NCBI GenBank assembly: GCA_003141835.1
Contig: PLNR01000006.1
Location: 14,558-78,557, forward strand
Length of the DNA stretch: 64,000 bases
Source of the DNA: Candidatus Omnitrophota bacterium
GTDB taxonomy: Bacteria > Omnitrophota > Gorgyraeia > Pluralincolimonadales > Pluralincolimonadaceae
Reading direction: 5' to 3'
Below, in pieces: positions 1 to 9,327 of the stretch; within the stretch, counting starts at the first letter, position 1; each line of letters opens with the position of its first letter. A program made the position numbers and the translations under genes. The notes under the pieces were generated by a model that was not told the DNA's origin, ran no database searches, and worked only from the letters and a program-made list of their open reading frames with translations.

Positions 1-952
1 CTTCCAAAGCGTCGCGATGGAATTCCGGAAGCTCATCCAGGAATAAAACACCGTTATGCGCTAGGCTTATCTCCCCCGGCCTTAATATCTTTCCTCCCCC
101 GACAAGGCCGGCATATGAGACCGTATGGTGCGGCATACGAAACGGGCGCCGCGATACAAGAAAATTTTTGCTGTCGAGCAGCCCCGAGACGCTGTGGATC
201 TTTGTCGTCTCGAGCATCTCCTCGAACGAGAGCCCGGGCAATATAGTGACCAACCGCTGCGCGAGCATCGTCTTGCCGGAACCGGGCGGGCCGATCATAA
301 GCACATTATGGCCGCCGGCCGCCGCGACCTCGAGGCCGCGTTTAACGTGCCATTGGCCTTTCACGTCGCCGAAATCGATATCAAAGCTGTCCGCCGATTT
401 CGGCACTCCGTCAAAATCGACCTTTAACGGTTCGATCTTCGCGTTGCCCTTAAGAAAATTCATCACTTCACCCAGGTTTTTCACGGGAAATACCGCAACA
501 CCTTTGACTATAGCCGCCTCCCTTGCGTTCTCTGACGGAAGAATAAAATCATTCCCGCCGTCCTTTAATATCCCTATCGCGATAGGCAGGGCGCCGTTTA
601 TCGGCCGCAAGCCGCCATCGAGGGAGAGCTCCCCGCAGAATACCTTTCCGTCGACGCTGCCCTGTTCGAGATCCCCGTTAGCCACCAGTATTCCCACCGC
701 GATTGCAAGGTCAAAAGAGGCCCCCTCTTTCCTCAGGTCCGCCGGTGCCAGGTTTATCGTTATTTTCTTAGGCGGGAATTTGAAACCGCAGTTCTTTATC
801 GCGGAGACGACCCTGTCCCTGCTCTCCTTTACCGCGGTATCCGGGAGGCCGACTATCGTAAAACACGGAAGGCCGCCGCTCATATCCACCTCTACCTCCA
901 CTTTCTTCGCTTCGATCCCCAATACGGTCCTACTTTCTATTTTAGCAAGCAT
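1..952 (-). CDS. comM: YifB/ComM family Mg-chelatase-like AAA+ ATPase (3' end runs off window)
   Basis: Manual translation from ATG at 952: [48 protein letters not shown]; Walker A GPPGSGKT; PFRMPHHT; [19 protein letters not shown]. Absent from the ORF track because there is no stop in the window. Confidence 0.93.
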   Translation of the reverse strand, partial: MLAKIESRTVLGIEAKKVEVEVDMSGGLPCFTIVGLPDTAVKESRDRVVSAIKNCGFKFPPKKITINLAPADLRKEGASFDLAIAVGILVANGDLEQGSVDGKVFCGELSLDGGLRPINGALPIAIGILKDGGNDFILPSENAREAAIVKGVAVFPVKNLGEVMNFLKGNAKIEPLKVDFDGVPKSADSFDIDFGDVKGQWHVKRGLEVAAAGGHNVLMIGPPGSGKTMLAQRLVTILPGLSFEEMLETTKIHSVSGLLDSKNFLVSRRPFRMPHHTVSYAGLVGGGKILRPGEISLAHNGVLFLDELPEFHRDALE

Positions 953-954
953 TT

Positions 955-1317
955 TTAGCTCCAGAACGCGTCTTTTATGAGTTCTATGTTTTTTAAGTTG
1001 CCGTTTTTTTCGAAAATAACCGATACACAGTCAAACCTTGAATCGTGGTCCAAAAGGCCGTATTTCAGTTGGAAAGTTACGGCAACTTTCCTTATATGCC
1101 GTTTTTTGACATAGTTAATGGTCTCGTACGGAAGCCCGTATTCCTCATCAGACCTGGAACGGACCTCTATAAATACGAGCGTACCCCGGTCCAGCGCGAT
1201 TATGTCTATCTCCCCGAACCTGCAGCGGAACTTCCGCGCGATTATGCTGTAGCCGTTTAAGGCGAGGGACCTCGCCGCGTGTTCCTCGCCGAGGTCCCCC
1301 AGTTCCTTATTCCCCAC
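955..1317 (-). CDS. yraN: YraN family (UPF0102) nuclease
   Basis: GDLGEEHAA...FGEIDIIA...LVFIEVRSR...RFDCV motifs; start moved to GTG at 1317; adjacent to comM. Confidence 0.9.
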   Translation of the reverse strand: MGNKELGDLGEEHAARSLALNGYSIIARKFRCRFGEIDIIALDRGTLVFIEVRSRSDEEYGLPYETINYVKKRHIRKVAVTFQLKYGLLDHDSRFDCVSVIFEKNGNLKNIELIKDAFWS

Positions 1318-1564
1318 TTCCGAAGGCTTCCATAACGATCTTATCGATCTCCTTCTTGACCTCATCGTTCAACGGGTAGGCCGTCGGGTACCATTTGCCG
1401 TCGTTGCCTGCCTGCTGCGGGCCGGATACGAATATCCCCTTCTTGCCCTCGACCACTCGGAAACCTTTCACCAGGAACTCCTCCCCGATGGCGACATCGG
1501 CTACCGCCTTGAGCGGCCCCTCCCCGTCGAACCTGTACAGCCTCTTTACGCTGAAATTGAGCAT
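1307..1564 (-). CDS. spoVG: SpoVG family nucleic-acid-binding protein
   Basis: LKAVADVAIGEEFLVKGFRVVEGKKGIFVSGP...GKWYPTAYP; RBS AAGGAGG upstream. Confidence 0.88.
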   Translation of the reverse strand: MLNFSVKRLYRFDGEGPLKAVADVAIGEEFLVKGFRVVEGKKGIFVSGPQQAGNDGKWYPTAYPLNDEVKKEIDKIVMEAFGSGE

Positions 1565-1590
1565 TAAAATGCCCTCCTTTCACCTATATA

Positions 1591-1617
1591 GACGAAAGTC
1601 CGGGACAAATTCTTTCA
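1591..1617 (-). promoter_or_regulatory. Possible ECF-sigma-type promoter upstream of spoVG
   Basis: TGAAAG-N17-CGTC(TATA) on minus strand resembles ECF -35/-10 elements. Confidence 0.3.
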
Positions 1618-1723
1618 ATTATTTTTAAAATATTTTCAGCAGGATAAATTGCCCGCAAATTCACAGCGCGACTTGTGCCATAACTTCCCGCATATCATTA
1701 GCTGGCCTCTTCGACCTCCTGCA

Positions 1724-1801
1724 GGCGGGTCCTGCCTGCCGAGCACCTCGGCCCATTTTGCTTCGGGCAAAAGGGCCAAGGGCTCCGTCGGCAGTCACCC
1801 G
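1724..1801. repeat. Palindromic dispersed repeat, family A, copy 1
   Basis: Near-identical (1 substitution + 1 indel) to the reverse complement of 24803-24879; long hairpin around TTTTGC-TTCGG-GCAAAA. Confidence 0.85.
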
Positions 1802-1817
1802 CTACAAGCCGCTAAGG

Positions 1818-1990
1818 GAAGTACGTCAAGAATCGAGATTTTTGTCAGTCGCAGCGCTTGGAAGAACTCGAGCGGGCACGGATCCCAAGCGGCAGCGAGG
1901 GAGAGCGAGAGTTCTTCTAGAGAGAGCGAGCCTCGCAGGGGCGAGCGAACGGCGATGCGACGACACAAATCGAGATTCGCGGCTTACTTC
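1818..1990. repeat. Imperfect fold-back (MITE-like or structured RNA) element
   Basis: About 40-nt imperfect terminal inverted repeats (GAAGTA...GTCGCAGCGC / GCGATGCGAC...TACTTC) and an inner stem GAAGAACTC/GAGTTCTTC. Confidence 0.55.
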
Positions 1991-2009
1991 AGGGGGGCAA
2001 CTTGCGTGT

Positions 2010-3038
2010 TTAGAACCTGCAGTAAAGCCCGAGGGAGGTGATGGAACCCGAATATTTCTGTGTCGGGTTATTCGAGAGGTTTTGCCTGTAGGAATAGCTG
2101 AGGCCTAAACTCGTGTTCTTGTAAAGATCATAAAAGACCGACGCGGACGTGACCCATGTCCTGTCCTTCTCTCCCCTGGTGTTGTCTCCAGGGATAGTCC
2201 TCCCGGAATAATTCCTGAATTGCCTGTAATAAGAAAAAGACGTGCTCATCTTGTCGGTCAGGAGGTATATCATCGAGGAACCGAGCCTCAGGGAATCGTA
2301 ATCATAATAATCGAGAAAATTGTCGTTGGAGTCGTTGGCGTAATATTCGCCGAAGACCTTGAACATTGATCTCTTTAAATACACGCCCAGGTCGTAATAG
2401 ACCGTGTTCCTGCTGTCCATCCTGTCGCGGCCGGATGGCTGCCCCGTGCCGTCGAAGGCCTTCCTGTCGGAATAATTCTTGTATAGATATTCGTAGCTGA
2501 ACGAATGGAAAAAATTATTCGGCAGCTTCTGTTTCAGGACCAGCCCTACCTTATCGCCGAAGTAATTGCCGTCGGCATTCTTCTGGTACTCGACGAACTC
2601 GACGTCATTGTAGGTCGTAAGCGTCATGCCGCCCGGCAGTTTACCGTCGAAACCGAATTTCAAGTTCACGTCCGTAAGGTTGGCGTCGGTCGCTTTCCAG
2701 TAAGTTATGTTATGCGCCGATATCCCGCCGGTGACGTCCCACCTTCCGCTTAAAGGGCAGGAGACGCTGGCGTCGAGGATACCTTCCGAAAACGTATCCT
2801 GCTCCCTGCGGGGATCCAAAAAGACATTATTATCATAACCCTGGATGGCCGCGGCCAGTAATTTCGTCGTATATCTCTGCCCTTCTTTGACCGTCTCGAC
2901 CTTCCTGTAGGCATTCTCCTCCGACTTCCCGATGTATTTCTCGGTCGTCTGTTCCTCTTTTATATCAGCCGCATTTACCGGGGCAAAAGATACCGAAATG
3001 AATAACAGCGCGAGAGGAAACAGTAAAAATTTATTCAT
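2010..3038 (-). CDS. Outer-membrane beta-barrel protein
   Basis: Signal peptide; GYDNNV motif; alternating aromatic beta-strands; C-terminal YCRF beta-signal. Confidence 0.8.
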   Translation of the reverse strand: MNKFLLFPLALLFISVSFAPVNAADIKEEQTTEKYIGKSEENAYRKVETVKEGQRYTTKLLAAAIQGYDNNVFLDPRREQDTFSEGILDASVSCPLSGRWDVTGGISAHNITYWKATDANLTDVNLKFGFDGKLPGGMTLTTYNDVEFVEYQKNADGNYFGDKVGLVLKQKLPNNFFHSFSYEYLYKNYSDRKAFDGTGQPSGRDRMDSRNTVYYDLGVYLKRSMFKVFGEYYANDSNDNFLDYYDYDSLRLGSSMIYLLTDKMSTSFSYYRQFRNYSGRTIPGDNTRGEKDRTWVTSASVFYDLYKNTSLGLSYSYRQNLSNNPTQKYSGSITSLGLYCRF

Positions 3039-3066
3039 TATCTCCCTGTGGGGCTTTACGGACAGT

Positions 3067-3915
3067 TTAATAATGCAGGCCTCCGCCTTGGCCGCCGCCG
3101 CTAACCGGATTGCTGCGTTCTCCCTGTATCCTGTCCTCTATTATTTTTTTATCTTCCGTTTCCCGGAGGTCCTGCTTAAAATCGTCCCGTTCCTCGATCG
3201 TCTGGTCTATCGCCTGGATATTATTGAATTCGCCGGCTTTATCGTTCTCCCTCGGCGTTCCGGCCTGCAGGCGGTCCTTCAGGTCATCGCGCCACGAGCT
3301 CCAGTCGCGTTTATCCTTATCTGTCAACTCGATGAGTTCTCCCGGCGGCTGGAACCTGTCTATTATCACTTCCCACCCTTCCCTGACCGTGGCCTCTTTT
3401 ATCAACTTGCCGTCCTGGTCGTAAGCCCGGACGAATATCTCGTCCTCAAAAGCCTTGACGTCATCCCTCTTCTCGGAAGTGGAGACGTCCCAGCCGCTTC
3501 CCCTGGCCCCTGCAACGATGGTCGGGGTCTTTATTTCGAACGAGCTCTCTTTTTCAAGCTTTTTGACCAGTGAACGTATCCTTCCCTGGGGCAATTCGAT
3601 CTGCTTGAGCATCTTTCCGCGCAAGACCATGGTAGAGCCTTCCTCGAGCCGTACGAGGTTCTTGTTCTCATTATCGAAAGAGACCTCTACGGCCGCTCCG
3701 GCGCCGGTCTTCGCGGTGTCGCCGGCGGCCAAAAGCATATTTTTCTTCGCGACGTCCCATTCGCTTTTGCCGGCTTTTTGGACCTTCACGTCTCCCTTGA
3801 CGAAGATCACCCTCGCTTCCCTTTCCAGCTCCTTGGCGTAAAGGGATTCGGAATGAGGTAAAAGGAAGACAAACAACAAGAAACATGCCGCAAATTTAAG
3901 TTTCATCTCACTCAT
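3067..3915 (-). CDS. Exported FecR-domain protein
   Basis: Signal peptide; VKGDVKV...GDTAKTG...VRLEEGS...FEIKTPTIVAGARGS FecR pattern. Confidence 0.8.
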   Translation of the reverse strand: MSEMKLKFAACFLLFVFLLPHSESLYAKELEREARVIFVKGDVKVQKAGKSEWDVAKKNMLLAAGDTAKTGAGAAVEVSFDNENKNLVRLEEGSTMVLRGKMLKQIELPQGRIRSLVKKLEKESSFEIKTPTIVAGARGSGWDVSTSEKRDDVKAFEDEIFVRAYDQDGKLIKEATVREGWEVIIDRFQPPGELIELTDKDKRDWSSWRDDLKDRLQAGTPRENDKAGEFNNIQAIDQTIEERDDFKQDLRETEDKKIIEDRIQGERSNPVSGGGQGGGLHY

Positions 3916-3924
3916 CTCCTGGTA

Positions 3925-4563
3925 TTATTTCTTAGGACCGGGCGCCGCAGGCGGGACTTCCTTGCCTTTCATGAGAAGCTTCCAGGGATTCCGCTTCACT
4001 TCGTCGCTGAATTCCTTTAAGTTCTCGGAAGAATCCTTGAGGTTCATTATGGTCGCCCTCAAGTCATCTTTATTATCGACGAGGACGGCGTCCGCGTGGC
4101 CCATCAGCTTCTGCAGGTCCTGCATGGACGAATCGAGTCTGGCTATGAGCTCTTCCATCTCATATAGGTCGACCCCGACCAATGTCTTTCCATGAGGAAC
4201 GATTGGCGAACCTTTCGAACCGCCGGTTATTTCGATGTATTTCTCGCCGATAAGGCCGGTCGTGCTTATCTTTATCTTCGAATCCTCCCTTACCTTAGCG
4301 TCGCCATTAAGGGCTAATGAGACCAGCACCTTTGTCTCATCGTTGGCATATGTGTGGGCCACCTTCTCGACCTCGCCTATCTTTACGCCCGCTAGTTTGA
4401 CCGGCGCCTTATCTTCGAGGCCGCTCACATAATTGAATATGACGTTAAGCTTATAGCCGCCGATGACCTTCCCGCCGCTCATCTTCGCGGAAATAAACAT
4501 AAATACCAATACCGCAGCCACGACGACGACTCCCGTCTTGATCTCATTATTGATCTTTAGCAT
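3925..4563 (-). CDS. mlaD: MlaD/MCE family protein
   Basis: EIKTG N-terminal TM; VSGLEDKAPVKLAGVKIGEV; GLIGEKYIEI; RNPWKLL. Confidence 0.92.
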   Translation of the reverse strand: MLKINNEIKTGVVVVAAVLVFMFISAKMSGGKVIGGYKLNVIFNYVSGLEDKAPVKLAGVKIGEVEKVAHTYANDETKVLVSLALNGDAKVREDSKIKISTTGLIGEKYIEITGGSKGSPIVPHGKTLVGVDLYEMEELIARLDSSMQDLQKLMGHADAVLVDNKDDLRATIMNLKDSSENLKEFSDEVKRNPWKLLMKGKEVPPAAPGPKK

Positions 4564-4579
4564 GTCATGACTCCTTTGT

Positions 4580-4610
4580 ATGGTTAGCTAAGTTCGACTT
4601 AGATAACCAT
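4580..4610. repeat. ATGGTT...AACCAT hairpin (REP-like, family C) between mlaF and mlaD
   Basis: ATGGTTA-G-CTAAGT-TCG-ACTTAG-A-TAACCAT. Confidence 0.55.
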
Positions 4611-5413
4611 TATTTTGTGAGCTCTTCCAGGTAGCCCTCGTCGGGCGCGAAGAACTGCATCGGCCCTTCTATGGTACCGTTTATGAACTGCTGTATATAT
4701 TCGTTCTTTGAGTTCCTTATTTCGTCTTTAGTCCCGATCTGCAGGACCTTGCCTTTATATAACATCACTATCCTGTCGGCGATCCTGAAGACCGAATTCA
4801 TGTCATGGGTGACCACTACCGAGGTGATTGACAGCGCGTTGGCCAGGTCTATTATCAGTTTGTCTACGACAGCGGTCACGACAGGATCGAGGCCGGCCGA
4901 CGGCTCGTCATAGAAGATTATCTCCGGGTCGAGGGCCACGGCGCGGGCAAGGCCGACGCGTTTCCTCATCCCGCCTGAAAGCTGCGACGGCATAAGATGG
5001 CCGAAATCGCGAAGCCCTACCTGGTTGAGCTTCATCTTTACCATTATCTTTATGATATGTTCGTCGAGCTTGGTGTGCTCCCTGAGCGGTAGCGCGATAT
5101 TCTCCTCGACGGTAAGCGAATCGAAGAGCGCGGCCGACTGGAAGAGCATGCCGAAGCGTTTCTTCAGCCGGTCCATCCCGCTCTCCCTCAGGCCGGTTAT
5201 ATCCTCCCCGAAGAGTTGGATCTTGCCGGAGTCGGGCTTCAACTGCCCTATTATATGGCGCAGAAGGGTCGATTTGCCGCAGCCCGACCCGCCGACGATG
5301 ACGAGCGTCTCGCCCTTATAGACCTCGAGGCTTACATCGTCCAGGACACGGCGTCCGTCGAATGCTTTTACGAGGTTATCGATCTTTATGACTGTTTCCA
5401 TCTTATCCGCCAT
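4610..5413 (-). CDS. mlaF: MlaF ABC transporter ATP-binding protein
   Basis: GGSGCGKS, GMLFQSAALFDSL, LSGGMRKRVGLARA, YDEPSAGLDP. Confidence 0.95.
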   Translation of the reverse strand: MADKMETVIKIDNLVKAFDGRRVLDDVSLEVYKGETLVIVGGSGCGKSTLLRHIIGQLKPDSGKIQLFGEDITGLRESGMDRLKKRFGMLFQSAALFDSLTVEENIALPLREHTKLDEHIIKIMVKMKLNQVGLRDFGHLMPSQLSGGMRKRVGLARAVALDPEIIFYDEPSAGLDPVVTAVVDKLIIDLANALSITSVVVTHDMNSVFRIADRIVMLYKGKVLQIGTKDEIRNSKNEYIQQFINGTIEGPMQFFAPDEGYLEELTK

Positions 5414-5414
5414 T

Positions 5415-6209
5415 TTACACGTTCGAGAAATAGAATATGCCGGTTAATATCGCGTCGGTCAGGATTATCAGGATAAAACTAACCACGACGCTTAAGGTCG
5501 TCGCGCGCCCTACGCCTTCGGCTCCGCCTTTCGTGTTAAGCCCCTGATAGCATCCTATCATCGCTATTACCATGGCGAAGACTACGCTCTTTAGAAGACC
5601 CGTCATAACATCTTTCATCACGAGGAACTCAAAATTTGTCTTTATATAAAGTCCGGGGCTTATCTTGAGGTTATAGACACCTACCAAATATCCTCCGAGC
5701 ATACCTGCCAGGTCGCCTAATATCGTAAGGACGGGAAGCATGACGACGAGGGATAAAAATCTCGGCATGACTAAAAACCTTATCGGGTTGAGGGCCATCG
5801 TCTCGAGCGCCTCTATCTGCTCGGTGACCTTCATAGTGCCCAGCTCTGCGGCTATGGCGGAACCGACCCTGCCGGCCACGACGAGCGCAACAAGCACCGG
5901 CCCTATCTCACGGCACACCGAGACGCTGATAAGGGCCGCCACGAACCTCACCGCGCCCAATTGACTCAACTGATACGCGCCCTGCATCGCGAGGACTATT
6001 CCTATGAACAACGTGACAAAGAAGACTATCAAAATAGACTGGACGCCGGCAAAGACCATTTGCGCGAAAATATAACGCCTTCCGATAAACTTGCCTATAA
6101 AAGGCGCAAATAATAGCCAGTAGAGCGTATGAAAAAATAACGCGAACACGTCCCATATGGCCGCGCCCGCGTTCAGGGTAGTCCTGCCTATAGCCTGTAA
6201 TATGTTCAT
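5415..6209 (-). CDS. mlaE: MlaE ABC transporter permease
   Basis: REIGPVL...AGRVGSAIAAELGTMKVTEQIEALE; GGAEGVGRATT. Confidence 0.95.
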   Translation of the reverse strand: MNILQAIGRTTLNAGAAIWDVFALFFHTLYWLLFAPFIGKFIGRRYIFAQMVFAGVQSILIVFFVTLFIGIVLAMQGAYQLSQLGAVRFVAALISVSVCREIGPVLVALVVAGRVGSAIAAELGTMKVTEQIEALETMALNPIRFLVMPRFLSLVVMLPVLTILGDLAGMLGGYLVGVYNLKISPGLYIKTNFEFLVMKDVMTGLLKSVVFAMVIAMIGCYQGLNTKGGAEGVGRATTLSVVVSFILIILTDAILTGIFYFSNV

Positions 6210-6225
6210 AGAGCCTTCATCCTCT

Positions 6226-6555
6226 TTAGGACTTTAGGGCATCCTCTTCTGTGGAGTATATCTCGAAAAGTTTCTCTAATTTGGTTATCTCAAAGAGGCT
6301 CTTCACCTTCGGGGTGAGGTTGGCAAGCTTAAGCCTGCCTCCTATGTTCTTTATCTTCTGGTGGGCCTCGACGAGCGTGGCCAGGCCCGACGAGTCGACA
6401 TAGGCCACTCCGGCGAGGTTGACTACTACTTTCTGCGCCTTCGAATCCAGGATCTTAAGGAATCCCTTCCTGAACTCCGGGGATGAGGTGAAATTTATCT
6501 CGCCCTCCACCACCAGCACGACCGCGTCGCCGACCTTCTTATCTTTTACTACCAT
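6226..6555 (-). CDS. STAS-domain anti-anti-sigma factor (RsbV/SpoIIAA/MlaB-like)
   Basis: VEGEINF; YVDSSGLATLV with phosphoacceptor Ser; FEITKL. Confidence 0.9.
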   Translation of the reverse strand: MVVKDKKVGDAVVLVVEGEINFTSSPEFRKGFLKILDSKAQKVVVNLAGVAYVDSSGLATLVEAHQKIKNIGGRLKLANLTPKVKSLFEITKLEKLFEIYSTEEDALKS

Positions 6556-6967
6556 GGGATTTACCTCCGCTTATAAATTTTATCATCTTTATCTCGTTTC
6601 CGCTATCATTATATCCGACCTCGTCCATGAGGTTTTTTATCAGAAATATGCCCCTGCCGCCGTGTTTGAGTATATTCGTATCGGAACGGGGGTCCGGCGT
6701 CGCCTTGTAATCGAAACCCTCGCCCTGGTCACGGACCGTTATCTCGATCTTCCCGTCGGAAATAGCGTAGCTGATGACGACCGGAAGCCTGCTATCGAGC
6801 TTATTGCCGTATTTTATGGCGTTTATGACCGCCTCTTCCAGGCAAAGCCTTATGTCGAAGAGCGTCTCCCTGCCCAGTTTAAGTTTCCTGAGCGCCCTGA
6901 TCAGTTTGGCAGAGGCGGGCCTTATATATTTAGGATCGCTTGGTATCTCGAAAACCGGGTCCTTCAT
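6539..6967 (-). CDS. RsbW/SpoIIAB-like Ser kinase (HATPase_c_2)
   Basis: [37 protein letters not shown]. Confidence 0.9.
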   Translation of the reverse strand: MKDPVFEIPSDPKYIRPASAKLIRALRKLKLGRETLFDIRLCLEEAVINAIKYGNKLDSRLPVVISYAISDGKIEITVRDQGEGFDYKATPDPRSDTNILKHGGRGIFLIKNLMDEVGYNDSGNEIKMIKFISGGKSHGSKR

Positions 6968-7923
6968 TCCGTTGAGAACGCTCCTATCTTCCTGTATTTT
7001 TCGTACCTGGCCTCGATCAGCGCCGCCGGGGCAAGCGCGGAAAGGTCCTTGATGTATTTTTTTATGGATTCTTTTATCGCGGCCGCGGTCATGGCGGGAT
7101 CGCGATGGGCGCCGCCCAGCGGTTCGTGCACTATCTCATCGATAAGCCCGAGTCCGAGCAGGTCTTGCGCGGTCAGTTTTAGGGCCTTAGCCGCGTCCGG
7201 GGCCCTTGCCCTGTCCTTCCACAATATCGCGGCGCAGCCTTCAGGCGAGATGACGGAATAATAAGCGTTCTCGAGGACGCATATCCTGTCCCCGACCCCG
7301 ATGCCCAACGCGCCGCCGGAGCCGCCTTCGCCGATGACAAAACATATGATCGGCACTTTTATCCGCGCCATCTCCATAAGGTTTAACGCTATCGCCTCGG
7401 CCTGGCCCCGCTCTTCCGCGCCGATGCCCGGATAAGCGCCGGGCGTATCTATGAAGACTATAACGGGCAGCTTGAACTTCTCTCCGATCTTCATCACCCT
7501 CATCGCCTTCCTGTACCCTTCCGGATGCGCGGAACCGAAGTTCCTCATGAGGTTCTCTTTGGTATCACGGCCTTTCTGGTGGCCCATTACTATGACCTTC
7601 TGTCCGTCTACCTTCGCAAATCCGCATATCAGGGCCTTGTCATCGCCGAAGACCCTGTCGCCGTGTATCTCGGCGTAATCGGTCATGATGAGGCCTATAT
7701 AATCAAGCGTATAGGGTCTTTTGGGATGGCGGGCTATCTGGATCCTCTGCCAGGGCGTGAGCCCTTCGAAGACCTCTTTTTTTACCTTGTCGAGCTTGTC
7801 CTCGAGTTTCTTAATTTCCGAGGAGAGGTCTATGTTCTCTGAGGAAGTGAATTTCTTGAGCTCTTCGATCTTGCGTTCGAGCTCAAGTATGGGTTTTTCG
7901 AAATCCAGTCCGATTCCGTTCAT
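6964..7923 (-). CDS. accA: Acetyl-CoA carboxylase carboxyltransferase alpha subunit
   Basis: [40 protein letters not shown]. Confidence 0.97.
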   Translation of the reverse strand: MNGIGLDFEKPILELERKIEELKKFTSSENIDLSSEIKKLEDKLDKVKKEVFEGLTPWQRIQIARHPKRPYTLDYIGLIMTDYAEIHGDRVFGDDKALICGFAKVDGQKVIVMGHQKGRDTKENLMRNFGSAHPEGYRKAMRVMKIGEKFKLPVIVFIDTPGAYPGIGAEERGQAEAIALNLMEMARIKVPIICFVIGEGGSGGALGIGVGDRICVLENAYYSVISPEGCAAILWKDRARAPDAAKALKLTAQDLLGLGLIDEIVHEPLGGAHRDPAMTAAAIKESIKKYIKDLSALAPAALIEARYEKYRKIGAFSTE

Positions 7924-7932
7924 ATGGGCTCT

Positions 7933-8727
7933 TCAATCGACTATCGTGACTTCAGTGCCTTCCGGCAAAATACCGTAAAGTTCCTCGACTTCGCTGTTAA
8001 GCATCCTTACGCATCCGGCCGTGGCCTGTTTCCCGAGGGAAGACGGGTCGGTCGTGCCGTGGATCCCGTATCCTTCCTTGGACAGGCCCATCCAGCGCGT
8101 CCCCAGTATGTTCTCCGGGCTTCCGGGAGGGACGGCCGCGCCTGTCTTGTACCAGACGGGATTGACCAGTTTGGTCGTTATCTTGAATGTGCCGACCGGG
8201 GTGCAGTTGTTCAGGCCGGTCGCGACCTTATAGGTCTTGATGACATCGTCATTCTGTTTTAGCAGCAGCAGGTTCTGCGATTTGTCAACGACGACGCTGA
8301 ATTTTGCGGTCACCACTTTTAATTTCTGCCCCAGCCTGATGTTATCGCCGGCCAGGTTGTTGGACTTCTTTATGAGTTCGACGGTCGTGCCGAAGACCTT
8401 CGATATCTTGGCGAGCGTATCGCCGGCCTGGACCGTGTATTCCTTGCTGTTGCTGTCCACGATCGGCGAGAAGAGTATCTTCATGCTGAGCTCTTCCGCT
8501 TTCGGCTTCGCGACCTTCACTATCGCCGCGTCCGGATACGTCTCATATGCGTTCTTATAGGCGTCCCTCGCCTCAGGAAGTTTATTTTCTTTCTCATAGA
8601 GCGCGGCCTGCGATATCAGCGCCTCGCCCTCCCTGGACCCGAACTGTATCTTCGGGACAAATATGACCAACAGGACTATCACGACTGCCGCGACCACTAT
8701 CGCGGGTAAAAAAGCTTTAACTTTCAT
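7933..8727 (-). CDS. LysM-containing L,D-transpeptidase (YkuD family)
   Basis: N-terminal TM; TPR-like helix; LysM YTVQAGDTL; YGIHGT...ATAGCVRM catalytic H/C. Confidence 0.92.
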   Translation of the reverse strand: MKVKAFLPAIVVAAVVIVLLVIFVPKIQFGSREGEALISQAALYEKENKLPEARDAYKNAYETYPDAAIVKVAKPKAEELSMKILFSPIVDSNSKEYTVQAGDTLAKISKVFGTTVELIKKSNNLAGDNIRLGQKLKVVTAKFSVVVDKSQNLLLLKQNDDVIKTYKVATGLNNCTPVGTFKITTKLVNPVWYKTGAAVPPGSPENILGTRWMGLSKEGYGIHGTTDPSSLGKQATAGCVRMLNSEVEELYGILPEGTEVTIVD

Positions 8728-8746
8728 GACCCCGGATCTCCCCTTT

Positions 8747-9205
8747 CTATCTCATTACCAGTGCGGCGATTATTATCCCGATCAACGAACCTACAAAGAC
8801 TTCAAAAGGCGTGTGCCCTATCAGTTCCTTGAGCCTGTCTTCCTGTATCTTGCGGCGCCAGTAGATGTCATCCATTATCTTGTTGAGGATCTCGGCCTGC
8901 TGCCCGGTAGAGCGCCTTACGCCCTGCGCGTCGAAGGCGATGACAACCGCAATAACAAATGTCACTATGAAGATAGCGGAATCGAACCCCTGCTGGAGCC
9001 CGACGGCCGTCGCCAAAGCCATCACTCCGGAGGAGTGGGCGCTGGGCATCCCGCCGGTGCTGAACAACCAGCGGAAGTTAAACTTCCTCTCCTTTACGCT
9101 GTTTATGACTATCTTGATGGTTTGGGCGGTCACCCAGCCAAGGAGCGTAGCCCAAAATACCTTGTTCTGGAAGACCAGGAAGACTGAGTTATTCATATTT
9201 GGCAT
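8747..9205 (-). CDS. Divergent PAP2 family protein (DUF212)
   Basis: AQTIK, TGGMPSAHS, DAQGVRR, GHTPFEV. Confidence 0.92.
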   Translation of the reverse strand: MPNMNNSVFLVFQNKVFWATLLGWVTAQTIKIVINSVKERKFNFRWLFSTGGMPSAHSSGVMALATAVGLQQGFDSAIFIVTFVIAVVIAFDAQGVRRSTGQQAEILNKIMDDIYWRRKIQEDRLKELIGHTPFEVFVGSLIGIIIAALVMR

Positions 9206-9249
9206 GTATTATACTATATTTTTGCTTGATTGATAACAAAAAACCGCTT

Positions 9250-9326
9250 GGGGACGTTCCAAAAAGGGCACACTCCACTTATGCAATCAAATAAGGAAGT
9301 GGGGTGTCCCTTTATGGGACGTCCCC
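9250..9326. repeat. GGGGAC REP/REPIN-like inverted repeat, family B
   Basis: Arms GGGGACGTTCCAAAAAGGGCACACTCCACTT / reverse complement GGGGACGTCCCATAAAGGGACACCCCACTT. Confidence 0.75.
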
Positions 9327-9327
9327 T

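Noticed and set aside
1666-1680. Sigma54 promoter (TGGCAC-N7-GC) upstream of spoVG
   Set aside because: The -12 element lacks the TTGC consensus; too weak to call.
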